Counted from the stretch's first letter, positions 46,819 through 56,251 are shown. The stretch is DNA of 64,000 nucleotides from a bacterium (GCA_023244815.1 JAHFLQ010000001.1:31037-95036), one strand, 5' to 3'. Notes: generated by a model from the letters alone, not told the origin. Numbers and translations: made by a program.

Positions 46819-47158
46819 CTTCGCCCTCTTCGACTTCCAGCAATGCTTTTTCTACCTGCGCGGCTTTTTCCGGACCAAGATCCAGGCGGAAAGCGATTTG
46901 GGGCGTAGGTTTAATATTCATTTTGCGGACCAGCTGATATTGCAAACTCTTGCGGGCCTTCTCCAGAATTTTCAGAACCTCTCCGGCTTTTTCTGCCGGG
47001 AGCACGCTGATTTTCACCATCGCCTGCGTCACGTCTTTGCTGATCTGGACATCGGTAATAGTTAAAAGGGCGCCCGGGGTTTCAATTTCCCGCAGAATTA
47101 ATTGATTTAATTGATCGCGGAGCAGGGAGCTGACCCTGTCCGGCCTATGAAACTTCAT
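46811..47158 (-). CDS. rbfA: ribosome-binding factor A
   Basis: Typical RbfA KH-like sequence (RVSSLLRDQLNQLI...ITDVQISKDVTQAMV). Confidence 0.85.
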   Translation of the reverse strand: MKFHRPDRVSSLLRDQLNQLILREIETPGALLTITDVQISKDVTQAMVKISVLPAEKAGEVLKILEKARKSLQYQLVRKMNIKPTPQIAFRLDLGPEKAAQVEKALLEVEEGEEN

Positions 47159-48588
47159 TAGCGTTGAATTAGGATATCGCCAACTTTGATCTCGGTTTCC
47201 GTATCAAAAATCATCCCGCATTCACTGCCGACCGGCACGGACTTTATGTCTTTTTTGGATTGCTGAAGATTAACGATTTTTCCTTTGCCAACTACCGATG
47301 CTTTCCGTTCAATGTCCAGAGCGGCGTTGTTGGAAATAATTCCTTCCGTCACTTTGCCGCCGATAATCTGCTTGCCGGCTTTCTTGCCGAAAGTAGCGAG
47401 AATTTCCAGCTTGCCTCTGGCCATCGTTTTGCCGATGGAGAGCAGTGTCTCTTCCGCCACCTTTACAAGATCGTAGATAATTTCCGACTGCACAATTTTC
47501 ACATTTTGCGCGCGAGCTAATGTTTCCGCCGCTTTAGTGGCCGAGACGCGGAAGCCAATAATCAGCGATTTAGTGGAAAGCGCCAGTTTGACATCGCCGT
47601 CGGTGATGTCGCCGACCGACTCTTCAATGATTTCCAATGTCTGTCCCTGTTTTGTTGGTATCGCTTTGATTACTTGTGTAAGCGCCTCCAACGATCCGCT
47701 GACATCCGCTTTTAAAATTAAATTAACATTGCTTTCCTTAGCTTCTTTGCTCATCACTGCCCGCATCGCTTTTTTAGGAATAGGCTTTATTTCTTCTGCC
47801 CCGCCAATGTGGAATGGGTCACCGGCTTTTGGCAGAGTTTCAAATCCTATGACGACGGCGGGTGAGGATGGGCTAAGCGAATCAACTTTTTTGCCGAGGA
47901 AATTTTCCAATATCCTTACCTTGCCCTGAGCGGTGGCGGTCGCGATTGTGTCGCCGGTTTTGAGTGTGCCGTCGGTGATGATCAGGGTGGCAATAACGCC
48001 GCGGCGGCTGTCCATCGTAGATTCAAGCACGATGCCGCTCGCGTGATGGTTTGGATCAAAATCCAGACGCTCCACATCGGCAGCGAGTAGGATTAAATCC
48101 AAAAGATCGTTAATGCCCTCACCGGTTTTTGCCGACAGCGCTTGATAGCTGACACTGCCGCCATAGCCCTCCAGAAGCACGCCTGTCTGCATCAATTCAT
48201 TTTTGACTTTGGTAGTATCCGGAATGCGGTCAATCTTGTTGATGGCCACAATGAATGGCGTTTGTGATTCTTTGATAATTTTTAGAGCTTCTTTCGTCTG
48301 CGGCTGAACGCCATCGTCGGCGGCGACTACCAAAATGGCGATGTCGGCGATGTGGGCTCCCCGGGCTTTGATTTTAGAAAAGGCCTCATGGCCTGGTGTG
48401 TCAATAAAAGTAATATGTTGCGTTTGTCCTGAGCCAGTCGAAGAATGTTCTATTTCATAAGCGCCAACAGACTGGGTAATACCGCCGGCTTCTTTAGCGG
48501 CGACATTGGTTTTACGGATATAGTCGAGCAGGGTGGTTTTACCGTGATCGACGCTCCCCATTATTACTACGATCGGGGGTCTTTTCAT
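47158..48588 (-). CDS. infB: translation initiation factor IF-2 (N-terminally truncated short form, 476 aa)
   Basis: Begins directly at the G domain ([24 protein letters not shown]), followed by the beta-barrel and C2 domains. 1-nt overlap with rbfA. Confidence 0.9.
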   Translation of the reverse strand: MKRPPIVVIMGSVDHGKTTLLDYIRKTNVAAKEAGGITQSVGAYEIEHSSTGSGQTQHITFIDTPGHEAFSKIKARGAHIADIAILVVAADDGVQPQTKEALKIIKESQTPFIVAINKIDRIPDTTKVKNELMQTGVLLEGYGGSVSYQALSAKTGEGINDLLDLILLAADVERLDFDPNHHASGIVLESTMDSRRGVIATLIITDGTLKTGDTIATATAQGKVRILENFLGKKVDSLSPSSPAVVIGFETLPKAGDPFHIGGAEEIKPIPKKAMRAVMSKEAKESNVNLILKADVSGSLEALTQVIKAIPTKQGQTLEIIEESVGDITDGDVKLALSTKSLIIGFRVSATKAAETLARAQNVKIVQSEIIYDLVKVAEETLLSIGKTMARGKLEILATFGKKAGKQIIGGKVTEGIISNNAALDIERKASVVGKGKIVNLQQSKKDIKSVPVGSECGMIFDTETEIKVGDILIQR

Positions 48589-48607
48589 GTGGTGTTATAA
48601 TAGTAGC

Positions 48608-49495
48608 ATGGCCAGTATTAAGCAACTTATCAAAGACTATCTTGATTATTTAGAGATCGAGAAAAACCGCTCGCCTAAGACACGTGAAAACTATGAACGC
48701 TACCTCCGTTCTTTTATAGACCACCAAAAGATAAAAGATAATAAAGATTTGACCTTGGATAAAATAAATAATTTTCGCATGGCCATTGCCCGTGAAAAGA
48801 ATTTAAAAAAAATAACCCAAGCCTACTACGTGATCGCTATCCGCAACTTTTTGAAATACTTGATCAAGAAAGATTATCATGCGGTGGCACCGGATAAGGT
48901 GGAATTGCCGAAGATTCCGCAGCGGCAGATTGAAATTATAGATGTTGCTGATCTGGAGCGGCTGTTAGCCGCTCCCTCGGGATCAGAATTGCGCGGTCTC
49001 CGAGACAAGGCAATTTTGGAACTACTTTTTTCTACCGGCCTTCGTTTGTCGGAGTTGTGCGGCTTGAATCGCTACTTAAATTTCGAACGGGGAGAATTAA
49101 CCGTGCGTGGGAAGGGCGAGAAATTGCGGTTGGTTTTCGTCTCCGATACCGCCAACAAAGCCCTAAAAGAATATTTAGATAAACGGCCTGACGCCCACGA
49201 ACATCTTTTTGTCAGCCTGACAAAGAATGGCAAAGTGATCGGCAAGATCACGCCTCGTTCGGTCCAGCGGTTAGTCAGCTACTACGCGAGGAAGGCCGGC
49301 ATCACCGAACGCATCACGCCGCATGGCCTCCGCCATCTTTTCGCCACCGACTTGCTCATGAACGGCGCGGACCTCCGCTCGGTGCAGGAATTACTCGGCC
49401 ACGCCAATGTTTCCACGACGCAGGTTTATACTCACCTTACCAACAAGCATCTCAAAGAAGTCCACGAGGCCTTTCACGGCAAGCAAAGAGATTAA
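48608..49495 (+). CDS. tyrosine site-specific recombinase XerC/XerD family
   Basis: N-terminal SAM-like domain. Catalytic R..HxxR..Y residues (LRHLFATDLL...GHANVSTTQVYTHL). Confidence 0.85.
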   Translation: MASIKQLIKDYLDYLEIEKNRSPKTRENYERYLRSFIDHQKIKDNKDLTLDKINNFRMAIAREKNLKKITQAYYVIAIRNFLKYLIKKDYHAVAPDKVELPKIPQRQIEIIDVADLERLLAAPSGSELRGLRDKAILELLFSTGLRLSELCGLNRYLNFERGELTVRGKGEKLRLVFVSDTANKALKEYLDKRPDAHEHLFVSLTKNGKVIGKITPRSVQRLVSYYARKAGITERITPHGLRHLFATDLLMNGADLRSVQELLGHANVSTTQVYTHLTNKHLKEVHEAFHGKQRD

Positions 49496-51024
49496 ACAAT
49501 ATCGATTCTGCCGATTGAATGAAGGAGGCTCTGGCCGGTCATTGTTTTTGGTTTGGGGATGCCCATAATTTCTAAAATAGTCGGAGCGACATCGGCGAGT
49601 AGGCCGTTGGCTTCGCCGGACACCACCGGCACCTGCTCAGCCTTATATTGGTTGCCGATGATCAGGAGCATCACCGGATTGGTGGAGTGTTCGGTATCGA
49701 TGCCGCCGGTTTGCTGATTAATCATTTCTTCGCAATTGCCGTGGTCGCCGGTGATTACCAGCACACCATCCTGTTCCAAAACTTTTTTCGCGATTTTAGC
49801 CAAACATTCGTCCATCACATCTATGGCTTTAGCCGTCGCTTCTAAATTTCCGGTGTGGCCAACCATATCGCCGTTGGCGAAATTTACGGCGAAGAAATCG
49901 TATTTGTTTTCATCTAATTTTTCCAGTACCGCATCGGTAATTTGTCGCGCGGACATCTCCGGTTTTTTGTCATAGCTGGAAATCTTAGGCGATGGAATGG
50001 TGGCGCGATCTTCACTGGGGAACGGCTCTTCGCGGCCGCCGTTTAAAAAGTAGGTAACGTGCGCGTATTTCTCACTTTCGGCAATGTGGAACTGCTTTTT
50101 GCCGGCGTCGGAAATCACTTTAGCAATGGGTTCGGTGATATATTGGGGCGGGAAAGCCACCTTGGCTTTTTGTCCTTCGGCATACTGCGTCATGGTTATC
50201 GTGAGCAGGCCGTCGATTTTGTCCAAAAGCTCGGTAAGCTGGCGGGCTCGATCCGGACGAATGTTCAAAAATATGGCGCAATCGGTTTTTTTCAACGCCG
50301 CCACCGGAGCGCCTTTAGTATCTGTAATGACTGTGGGCTCAATCATCTCGTCCTCAATTTCTTTCGCATAAGAATTTTTTAACACTTCTTCCGCGCTGGC
50401 CGCCATCGGTCCCTTGCCGTCCACCAACACGTCCAGAAACTTTTGGACGCGATCCCAGTTTTTGCTTCGGTCCATCGGCCAGTAGCGCCCGCTGACGCTC
50501 GCGATTTTACCGATGCGGTATTCTTTTATCGCGTCTTCGATTTGTTTGATAAACTGGGGCGCGGAACGATGAGGGGCATCTTCGCCATCGGTGAAGACGT
50601 GAATGAAAACACCGCCCTTATATTTTTTTAGCGAAAGCATCTTAAGCAGGCCGATCAGATGAGTGATGTGGGCGTGGATGCCGGAATTGGTAATCAGGCC
50701 CATCAGATGGACGTTCGGGCGCTGGATTGTCTCGTCCCACACGGGGATTTTAAAAAAGCTTCCATCTTGGATCGAAATACTGACGCGCGGATAATTTTGG
50801 TAAATCACTAGGCCGGCGCCGATATTAGTGTGGCCGACTTCGGAACTGCCAACCTCGCCCCAGGGCACTCCTACGTCGATGCCGGATGCTTTCAATTTCG
50901 TGCCGAGATAATTTTCGCTGAAAAATTTCAGATTGGGTTTTTTAGCAAGCGCGACGGCGTTGCCCTTCGGGTCATCCGAAAGTCCGGTTCCGTCCAGAAT
51001 TGCCAGCACAACAGGCTTCGGCAT
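49492..51024 (-). CDS. gpmI: 2,3-bisphosphoglycerate-independent phosphoglycerate mutase
   Basis: N-terminal VLAILDGTG..., phosphotransferase and phosphatase domains with the Mn-binding Ser/His/Asp pattern. Confidence 0.9.
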   Translation of the reverse strand: MPKPVVLAILDGTGLSDDPKGNAVALAKKPNLKFFSENYLGTKLKASGIDVGVPWGEVGSSEVGHTNIGAGLVIYQNYPRVSISIQDGSFFKIPVWDETIQRPNVHLMGLITNSGIHAHITHLIGLLKMLSLKKYKGGVFIHVFTDGEDAPHRSAPQFIKQIEDAIKEYRIGKIASVSGRYWPMDRSKNWDRVQKFLDVLVDGKGPMAASAEEVLKNSYAKEIEDEMIEPTVITDTKGAPVAALKKTDCAIFLNIRPDRARQLTELLDKIDGLLTITMTQYAEGQKAKVAFPPQYITEPIAKVISDAGKKQFHIAESEKYAHVTYFLNGGREEPFPSEDRATIPSPKISSYDKKPEMSARQITDAVLEKLDENKYDFFAVNFANGDMVGHTGNLEATAKAIDVMDECLAKIAKKVLEQDGVLVITGDHGNCEEMINQQTGGIDTEHSTNPVMLLIIGNQYKAEQVPVVSGEANGLLADVAPTILEIMGIPKPKTMTGQSLLHSIGRIDIV

Positions 51025-51065
51025 ATTGTTAATTATTATAAATCAGTAAAAGTTAATTAAAAAGA

Positions 51066-51100
51066 GAAACCCCTCTAGTGAGGGGTATTTTGATTGTTTT
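51066..51100. terminator. bidirectional terminator
   Basis: AAACCCCTCtagtGAGGGGTATTTTGATTGTTTTT. The stop codon of the minus-strand gene 51075.. lies in the loop. Confidence 0.6.
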
Positions 51101-51482
51101 TGGCTTCAACGTGCTTTGGCTTCCAAGCTCCGTTAAGCGGCATAGCTGAAAAAAGTAGAAAAATGAAAATAACACCAAACCAATAAACCTTAAACGGTTT
51201 ATTCTCAATTTTATGTAGCATAGCAGATCCTAGCATTGCGAATGTGGTTATAAATAGGCCAAAGGCCAAACTCTTAACAAGGGCAACAAAATACTTTCGG
51301 CCTCCAAGTGTATTCTTGAACTCAACGAGAAATCCGGCCAGAATCACGCTGGAATACATAAACCCCATCAGTCCGATCAGCAAGGTGTGCGTGCCGAGAG
51401 GAAGCTGTTTTGTTCCGACTTCAAAAAAATGAGTTGCCGTCGCAATCACTAATCCAATAAGCGCCGCAAGGACAACGATCAT
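51075..51482 (-). CDS. hypothetical membrane protein (4 TM)
   Basis: GGAGG RBS 6 nt upstream of the ATG at 51482; the longer ORF to 51512 is less likely. Confidence 0.5.
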   Translation of the reverse strand: MIVVLAALIGLVIATATHFFEVGTKQLPLGTHTLLIGLMGFMYSSVILAGFLVEFKNTLGGRKYFVALVKSLAFGLFITTFAMLGSAMLHKIENKPFKVYWFGVIFIFLLFSAMPLNGAWKPKHVEAKNNQNTPH

Positions 51483-51571
51483 ATGTCTGCCTCCAAAAAA
51501 TATATCAACCAACTACAGCTATGGTAGCCAACACAGACTAGTTTATCAAGGTGTTGTTAGCCGTATTAATG

Positions 51572-51655
51572 TGCTCTCGGGAGGATTTGAACCTCCAATC
51601 CCTTGCGGGAACATGGTCCTAAGCCATGCGCGTCTGCCAGTTCCGCCACGAGAGC
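51572..51655 (-). tRNA. tRNA-Leu (anticodon UAG)
   Basis: Reverse complement: GCTCTCG tg GCGgaacTGGCag ... CATGG CTTAGGA CCATG, a long variable arm, T-arm GGAGG TTCAAAT CCTCC. A 10-bp inverted repeat (CCCGGGTGCC/GGCACCGGGG) lies immediately upstream at 51656-51696. Confidence 0.85.
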
Positions 51656-51791
51656 AAGCTTGCCCGGGTGCCAACGCGAAGCTTTGGCACCGGGGTTATC
51701 CAAAGGTTATTAACAAGTAATCAACAAAACGAGCTTACCAGTCAATACTCTGATGATAATATTATTGTTAGTGCTTTGAAAGGCGAGAAAG

Positions 51792-52307
51792 ATGACTGGC
51801 AATGTTGTTGAGATCAGAGAAGGTCAGTTTGCGCGCGAGCAAAAAATTGCGGAAATTGTAAAAAGCCTTTGTCCCGGCCTATACCTGCATTCTCGTGCCG
51901 GCAGGGGAGTGATACGCGCCAGCGTGCCGCGGCTGCGCTTTGACAAGAGATCGGCGCTCAGATGGTTTTGGAGGATTTTCGGCAGCGCGGGTCACTTGGA
52001 CAACAATGTTGTTATGACGATCACTGCCAAAGGACGGCAGAGCCTTAATCTTGCCGGCGATTGGCCAGAAGTAGAAATCCATCTTTACGATTTGGATTTT
52101 TTGAAAAAGGCGCAGCGGCTAGCTTTAGAGTATAAGTGGCAGTTTTCGCGCTCAGCTGTTTTGATCGTTGACTTGATTGCAAAACAATCTCGCTGGCGGC
52201 CGTTCTTCCGTTTTGCCGCGTTCACGCTCGCACTTGCAACCGTTGTCGTTGGACTGCGACTCCTTTCGCTCCATTTTATAAAAAGTTTTTTAAGCCTGCT
52301 TTTTTAA
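51792..52307 (+). CDS. hypothetical protein with C-terminal TM helix (first gene of GC-richer island)
   Basis: 171 aa, Arg-rich, no recognisable domain. Visibly higher GC than the flanking genes. Confidence 0.45.
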   Translation: MTGNVVEIREGQFAREQKIAEIVKSLCPGLYLHSRAGRGVIRASVPRLRFDKRSALRWFWRIFGSAGHLDNNVVMTITAKGRQSLNLAGDWPEVEIHLYDLDFLKKAQRLALEYKWQFSRSAVLIVDLIAKQSRWRPFFRFAAFTLALATVVVGLRLLSLHFIKSFLSLLF

Positions 52308-52326
52308 GCAGGCCCTTTTGTTGTCT

Positions 52327-52400
52327 TATAGGCTAATTCGCACGAATTAGCCTATAAGACCAGGTTGTTTAAAAAAGATGTTTGACTTTTTAAACAACTC
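52327..52400 (+). promoter_or_regulatory. two adjacent long perfect palindromes in island intergenic region
   Basis: CTTATAGGCTAATTCGcaCGAATTAGCCTATAAG (16-bp arms) and GTTGTTTAAAAAgatgtttgacTTTTTAAACAAC (12-bp arms), upstream of the SPFH operon. Confidence 0.4.
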
Positions 52401-52457
52401 GTGATAAGGTCTAGCTAGTTTTTCGGATTGAAAATTTAATTTTTCAAGGAGGATCTT

Positions 52458-53459
52458 GTGCGAAGATTCATTCGCCGGTTGTGTATCGGATTTCTGCAGT
52501 TGCTCGCCGCCGGGTTTTTACTCGGAGCGAGCGGCGCCGCGATCTACGAGAGCTATCGCCACGGTGGCACGCTGGCAATCATTGGAGCGGCAGTGATGGT
52601 ATTTTTTCTGGTTTTTGTTCCGTCGGGACGGAAGATTCCGACTTTGAAAATCGGAATGGTGACGTTTCTTGGCATGAGAACGGGCCGGGTGCTCGAAGAA
52701 GGGTTCCACCTGATCATTCCCTGGTTCGAGGATGTGGCGCTGTTCGATAATAAGGTACGTACAGTTCAGGTGTCGGGGAAGTTTTTCTGCAAAGATAACC
52801 TCTCTGTGGTGCTCGGCGGCCTGGTAACCTGGAACAACGACAAAGAGCTTCTCCCGACTAGCTTTGTAATGAATCAGGAGAAGATTGACATCGAGCTGGC
52901 GAGCGTGGTTTTGAACCAACTCGCGATCATCGCCGGAGCAACCAATGCCGCCGACATCAAGGGTGCGCAGGAGGCTTTCGGCCATCTCGTCAATTGTTCA
53001 CTGCGCATGGGAATACCGCCGCATATAGAGCAGGGGATTCTGCCGGCGCAGCGCCTGGAGTTTTACGGAAATCCGGATCTGCATAACCGACTGGAAAGTG
53101 AGCATCGATTGGACGAAGAACGGTCGGAAATCGAAAACCGTTGTGGCGTTAACGTAATTTCTTTCACGCCCGATCCGGTGCAATACATCGGCGATACTGG
53201 CGAGGCGATGGAAGAAGAGGGCCGCGCCGCCCTCCGTTCGCGGGCGAAGAAAGTGCTTGCGGCCACCAAGCGTGAGATCTCCCGCGATCTTAGGGGAGAC
53301 GGCCTCACTCCGGATGGAGCCAATGCCTCCGCGGAACTGACGATGGGTCAGCAGGTGGAAAGGAAAGTTTACGACATTGGCGGTCTCGACAAATTTCGGC
53401 CGCTTTTGCCGCCCGAATCGTGCGACTACAGGAGGATAGAATGCCTGAATCGGAATTAG
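52458..53459 (+). CDS. SPFH/band-7 domain membrane protein (stomatin/flotillin-like) 1
   Basis: AAGGAGG RBS, GTG start. N-terminal TM hairpin, then an SPFH-like block (IPTLKIGMVTFLGMRTGRVLEEGFHLIIPWFEDV...KDNL). The C-terminal half is unassigned. Confidence 0.5.
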   Translation: MRRFIRRLCIGFLQLLAAGFLLGASGAAIYESYRHGGTLAIIGAAVMVFFLVFVPSGRKIPTLKIGMVTFLGMRTGRVLEEGFHLIIPWFEDVALFDNKVRTVQVSGKFFCKDNLSVVLGGLVTWNNDKELLPTSFVMNQEKIDIELASVVLNQLAIIAGATNAADIKGAQEAFGHLVNCSLRMGIPPHIEQGILPAQRLEFYGNPDLHNRLESEHRLDEERSEIENRCGVNVISFTPDPVQYIGDTGEAMEEEGRAALRSRAKKVLAATKREISRDLRGDGLTPDGANASAELTMGQQVERKVYDIGGLDKFRPLLPPESCDYRRIECLNRN

Positions 53460-53989
53460 CAAAGGCAAACCCGTTGGTTTCCAAGAAAAACATTCTGATT
53501 GGGTTAGCAATCGGTTCGCTGTTGATGACCGTCGGGTTTCTCTCGAAGTCCGGTGTGTTTTCCAAAGCGAAGACAGCGATTGTCGGTTGGTGGACTGCCA
53601 TGGGCAGAGAGACGTACCGAGCGGCAGATTTCGTCCCAGCGTCTACCACACCGGCGGTTAACGATAGTTTCGCGCGCCTCCGGCAATTTCCTTTGGATGA
53701 GCGTCCGCCGGCAGTCTTCAGGGGTCTCCAGAAAACTGTTACGGTAGAGCTCAAGGCCGACGAGTGGTCGCGGGAAATAACGGTTCCGGATCGCAAACTT
53801 TGGTGGCGGCTGGAAGTGGATCCGACTGACGGATACTATATGCTGTTCGCCGATAGCCAGATAGTGGAGCGTTTGCCAACGGATACCAGCGAGCGAGACT
53901 TGAGCAGTTACCGGTTGCCCTTCCGCCTTTTAGGGAAGAAGCCGAACCAGACGGCCAAAGTGGAGATTTTTACCAAGCCCCCTAAATAG
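53441..53989 (+). CDS. small membrane-anchored beta-rich protein (NfeD-like partner?), paralog of 55314..55847
   Basis: AGGAGG RBS. One TM, then the conserved block ...VELKADEWSREITVP...WRLEVDPTDGYYMLFADSQIVE, shared with 55314..55847. Confidence 0.45.
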   Translation: MPESELAKANPLVSKKNILIGLAIGSLLMTVGFLSKSGVFSKAKTAIVGWWTAMGRETYRAADFVPASTTPAVNDSFARLRQFPLDERPPAVFRGLQKTVTVELKADEWSREITVPDRKLWWRLEVDPTDGYYMLFADSQIVERLPTDTSERDLSSYRLPFRLLGKKPNQTAKVEIFTKPPK

Positions 53990-54092
53990 GGGGCTTTTCT
54001 TTAGCTTGACAAAATAAGAGAGAACGTGCTACCATTGTGGCAGTAGTTTGTCTGTACTTTTAGAATTGAAAAACAGAAAGAAGGAGGTTCGA

Positions 54093-55295
54093 ATGTTCAA
54101 GAAAGCGTTGTGGTCTCTGGTCATCGGCGCGGCAATTTTTGCTGGCGCCGTGTTCATCCCGTGGGGGACCATCGGTGACGTGATTGCAGGCTCTCTGCCC
54201 TGGGGGGCGGTCTTCGGTTGGACGTGGAAGACGTTCGCCGGATTGGTGGGTGCGCTGGCGTTGGTCATGGTCGCTACCAAAGTGATCCGGGAGCGGATAA
54301 ACGTTTCTCGTTTGCCGGTGCTTCTCTGGATCACCGGCATCGTCGGAGCGTTGCTCTACTACTGGCCGACGCTGGGACGGCTCCAGCTTCCGGCGCTTTG
54401 CGGCGCGGCCGTTTTGATCGCTTTGTGTTTCGGGATCGTTCAGCCCTTCAACGGCGGTATCGTAACTTTTCTCGGTCGCCCGGTGCGATCTGTTGGCGCC
54501 GGCGCGGTCTTGCTGTTCCGGCCGTTCGGGATTCCCTTTGAGGCAATCTCGGATCTGGTGGATCTCAAGAACACGGCTCTCAACGACGTAAAGTTGAGGG
54601 CCGAGACAGGCGGCGAAGCGGAGTCCGGCGTGGATAAGGGCTACGTGGACCTTGAAGTTGCTTTTCAATACGCGCCGGACCCGTCTAATCTGATCGCTTA
54701 CGTCAGTTTCCAGCAGGATAAGCTGGTGCAGACGCTCAAGGATCAGTTAGAGGCTCTGCTTAGCGCGGCAGTCGAGCGTCGTCCCAACGTGGACGCAGTC
54801 TACGAAGAGCTCGACGACATTTCCAGAGAAACCCTTCTGGCCTACGAGAAAGTCGCCAGCCGCTACGGAATCATTCCGAAAGTGGTGCTGATGGACGATC
54901 CGCAGTTGCCGGAAGAGACCATCAGGGCGAAAGTCGCGCGTGACAACCTGAAGGCCGATGCCCTCGCGAAAATCGAGGTGCAAAAGTCCGAAAACGCGCG
55001 GCGGCAGGCGGAGATGACGAAAGTGAGGCAGATGGCGGCGGGGTTAGTTAAAGAAGCCGCAGAGCGGGGCCATCAGATCACCTTCGAGCAGGCGCTCGAG
55101 CGGGTGCAGATCCAGCTTGGCGTCGTCAAGAAAACCATCAACGCGGTGGACATCGGTCCCGCGGCGGACAGCGCTCTTAAGCAAATTGTCCCGATGGTCG
55201 TCAACCGGTTCGGTTCCGAGCCGGTTACTGTGGAGAAGGGCTCGGCCTACACCAAGCCTCGTCCAGGTTTGGATGCGGGCAAGAACAAGAAGTAG
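54093..55295 (+). CDS. SPFH/band-7 domain membrane protein 2
   Basis: GAAGGAGG RBS. Four N-terminal TM helices, then an SPFH domain (GIVTFLGRPVRSVGAGAVLLFRPFGIPFEAI...DLEVAFQYAPDP) and a long C-terminal coiled-coil. Confidence 0.6.
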   Translation: MFKKALWSLVIGAAIFAGAVFIPWGTIGDVIAGSLPWGAVFGWTWKTFAGLVGALALVMVATKVIRERINVSRLPVLLWITGIVGALLYYWPTLGRLQLPALCGAAVLIALCFGIVQPFNGGIVTFLGRPVRSVGAGAVLLFRPFGIPFEAISDLVDLKNTALNDVKLRAETGGEAESGVDKGYVDLEVAFQYAPDPSNLIAYVSFQQDKLVQTLKDQLEALLSAAVERRPNVDAVYEELDDISRETLLAYEKVASRYGIIPKVVLMDDPQLPEETIRAKVARDNLKADALAKIEVQKSENARRQAEMTKVRQMAAGLVKEAAERGHQITFEQALERVQIQLGVVKKTINAVDIGPAADSALKQIVPMVVNRFGSEPVTVEKGSAYTKPRPGLDAGKNKK

Positions 55296-55313
55296 ATTCT
55301 GACAGAAAGGAGA

Positions 55314-55847
55314 ATGGTGATGCAGATCATCAATACGACGCATGACGGCAAGTTCAGGCAGTTTGGCGCGAAGTTCGCGTTGGCGATACTTCTCCTCATC
55401 GCGGTCGTTTCTCTCATCTGTTTCTACGGTGAGAAAATCAAGTCGGCGGTGAGCGGCTATGTGAATAGCCATGGCAGTCGCTCCAGCTCGGAGGTGGATG
55501 GAAGCACCCGTATCACAGCTGGTCCTCCGGATCGATTGTTTCCGGAGAGTAGCAAGCCAGTTGTAAGGTTCATCGGATCTAGTCGGGCGGTTGTTGATTT
55601 GTACACCAATGAGTGGTCGCAGCAAATTATAACACCAACGCATCCGACCAAGATCGTTGACTACCGCGTTGATGTTGAGCCACCCACAGGGTTCCTAATC
55701 AAGTTCCAGGATGGCTACATCGATGAGGTGCGTGTGGATCAAAGCAGAGTGAATGACTGGAGTATGCGCAGGGGGATTTTCCGAATACTCGGAACGTCTT
55801 CTGGGCAGAAAGCTACAGTCACCATCTCATACAGATTTGCTCGTTAG
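55314..55847 (+). CDS. small membrane-anchored beta-rich protein, paralog of 53441..53989
   Basis: One TM, then ...VVDLYTNEWSQQIITP...YRVDVEPPTGFLIKFQDGYIDEV, sharing the EWS...P...R.[ED]V[DE]P.TG[YF]...F.D block with its paralog. Confidence 0.45.
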   Translation: MVMQIINTTHDGKFRQFGAKFALAILLLIAVVSLICFYGEKIKSAVSGYVNSHGSRSSSEVDGSTRITAGPPDRLFPESSKPVVRFIGSSRAVVDLYTNEWSQQIITPTHPTKIVDYRVDVEPPTGFLIKFQDGYIDEVRVDQSRVNDWSMRRGIFRILGTSSGQKATVTISYRFAR

Positions 55848-55906
55848 TAACTCAAACTCCCCAAAGGGTAACCTTCTGGGGAGTTTTCTTTGATTAATCT
55901 CAAAAC

Positions 55907-56251
55907 CTATTTAACCAAAGCGGTTGCCAAGGAAACGAGTATCTGGGAAGCTAATCCCACTGCAACCGCCACCACGGCGTAGATAATCATATTTTTCGCT
56001 GTCTTAACTTTTTCTTCATCGCCAGCGGCTGTCAGATAGTTGTAGGCGGCGATGATCACAAAGATAACGGCGAGCGCGATCAAGCCGGTAAGCATCCAGT
56101 TGATCACGGTTTGGAGTATTCCCAGAATTCTTTGCACCGGGTCTCCCTGCACCGGCGCCGGCTGGACATAATTTGGCAGTTGCGCAGACGCAAACCACGG
56201 CAAAGCCATTGCCGTTACCGAACTGCCGATTGTTAAAGCTTTTCTGAACAT
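55907..56251 (-). CDS. pilin-like small membrane protein (VirB2/TrbC-like topology), paralog 1 of 3
   Basis: Signal peptide, variable region, TM1, the LTAAGDEEKVKTAKN loop, then TM2. It shares its C-terminal half with the next two genes. Confidence 0.5.
   Translation of the reverse strand: MFRKALTIGSSVTAMALPWFASAQLPNYVQPAPVQGDPVQRILGILQTVINWMLTGLIALAVIFVIIAAYNYLTAAGDEEKVKTAKNMIIYAVVAVAVGLASQILVSLATALVK

Noticed and set aside
48608-49495. XerC/D-type recombinase as the integrase of the tRNA-Leu island
   Set aside because: It is separated from the island by gpmI, a membrane gene and the tRNA. It has the typical chromosomal XerC/XerD N-terminal SAM-like domain and housekeeping context (next to infB-rbfA), so it is most likely the dimer-resolution recombinase.
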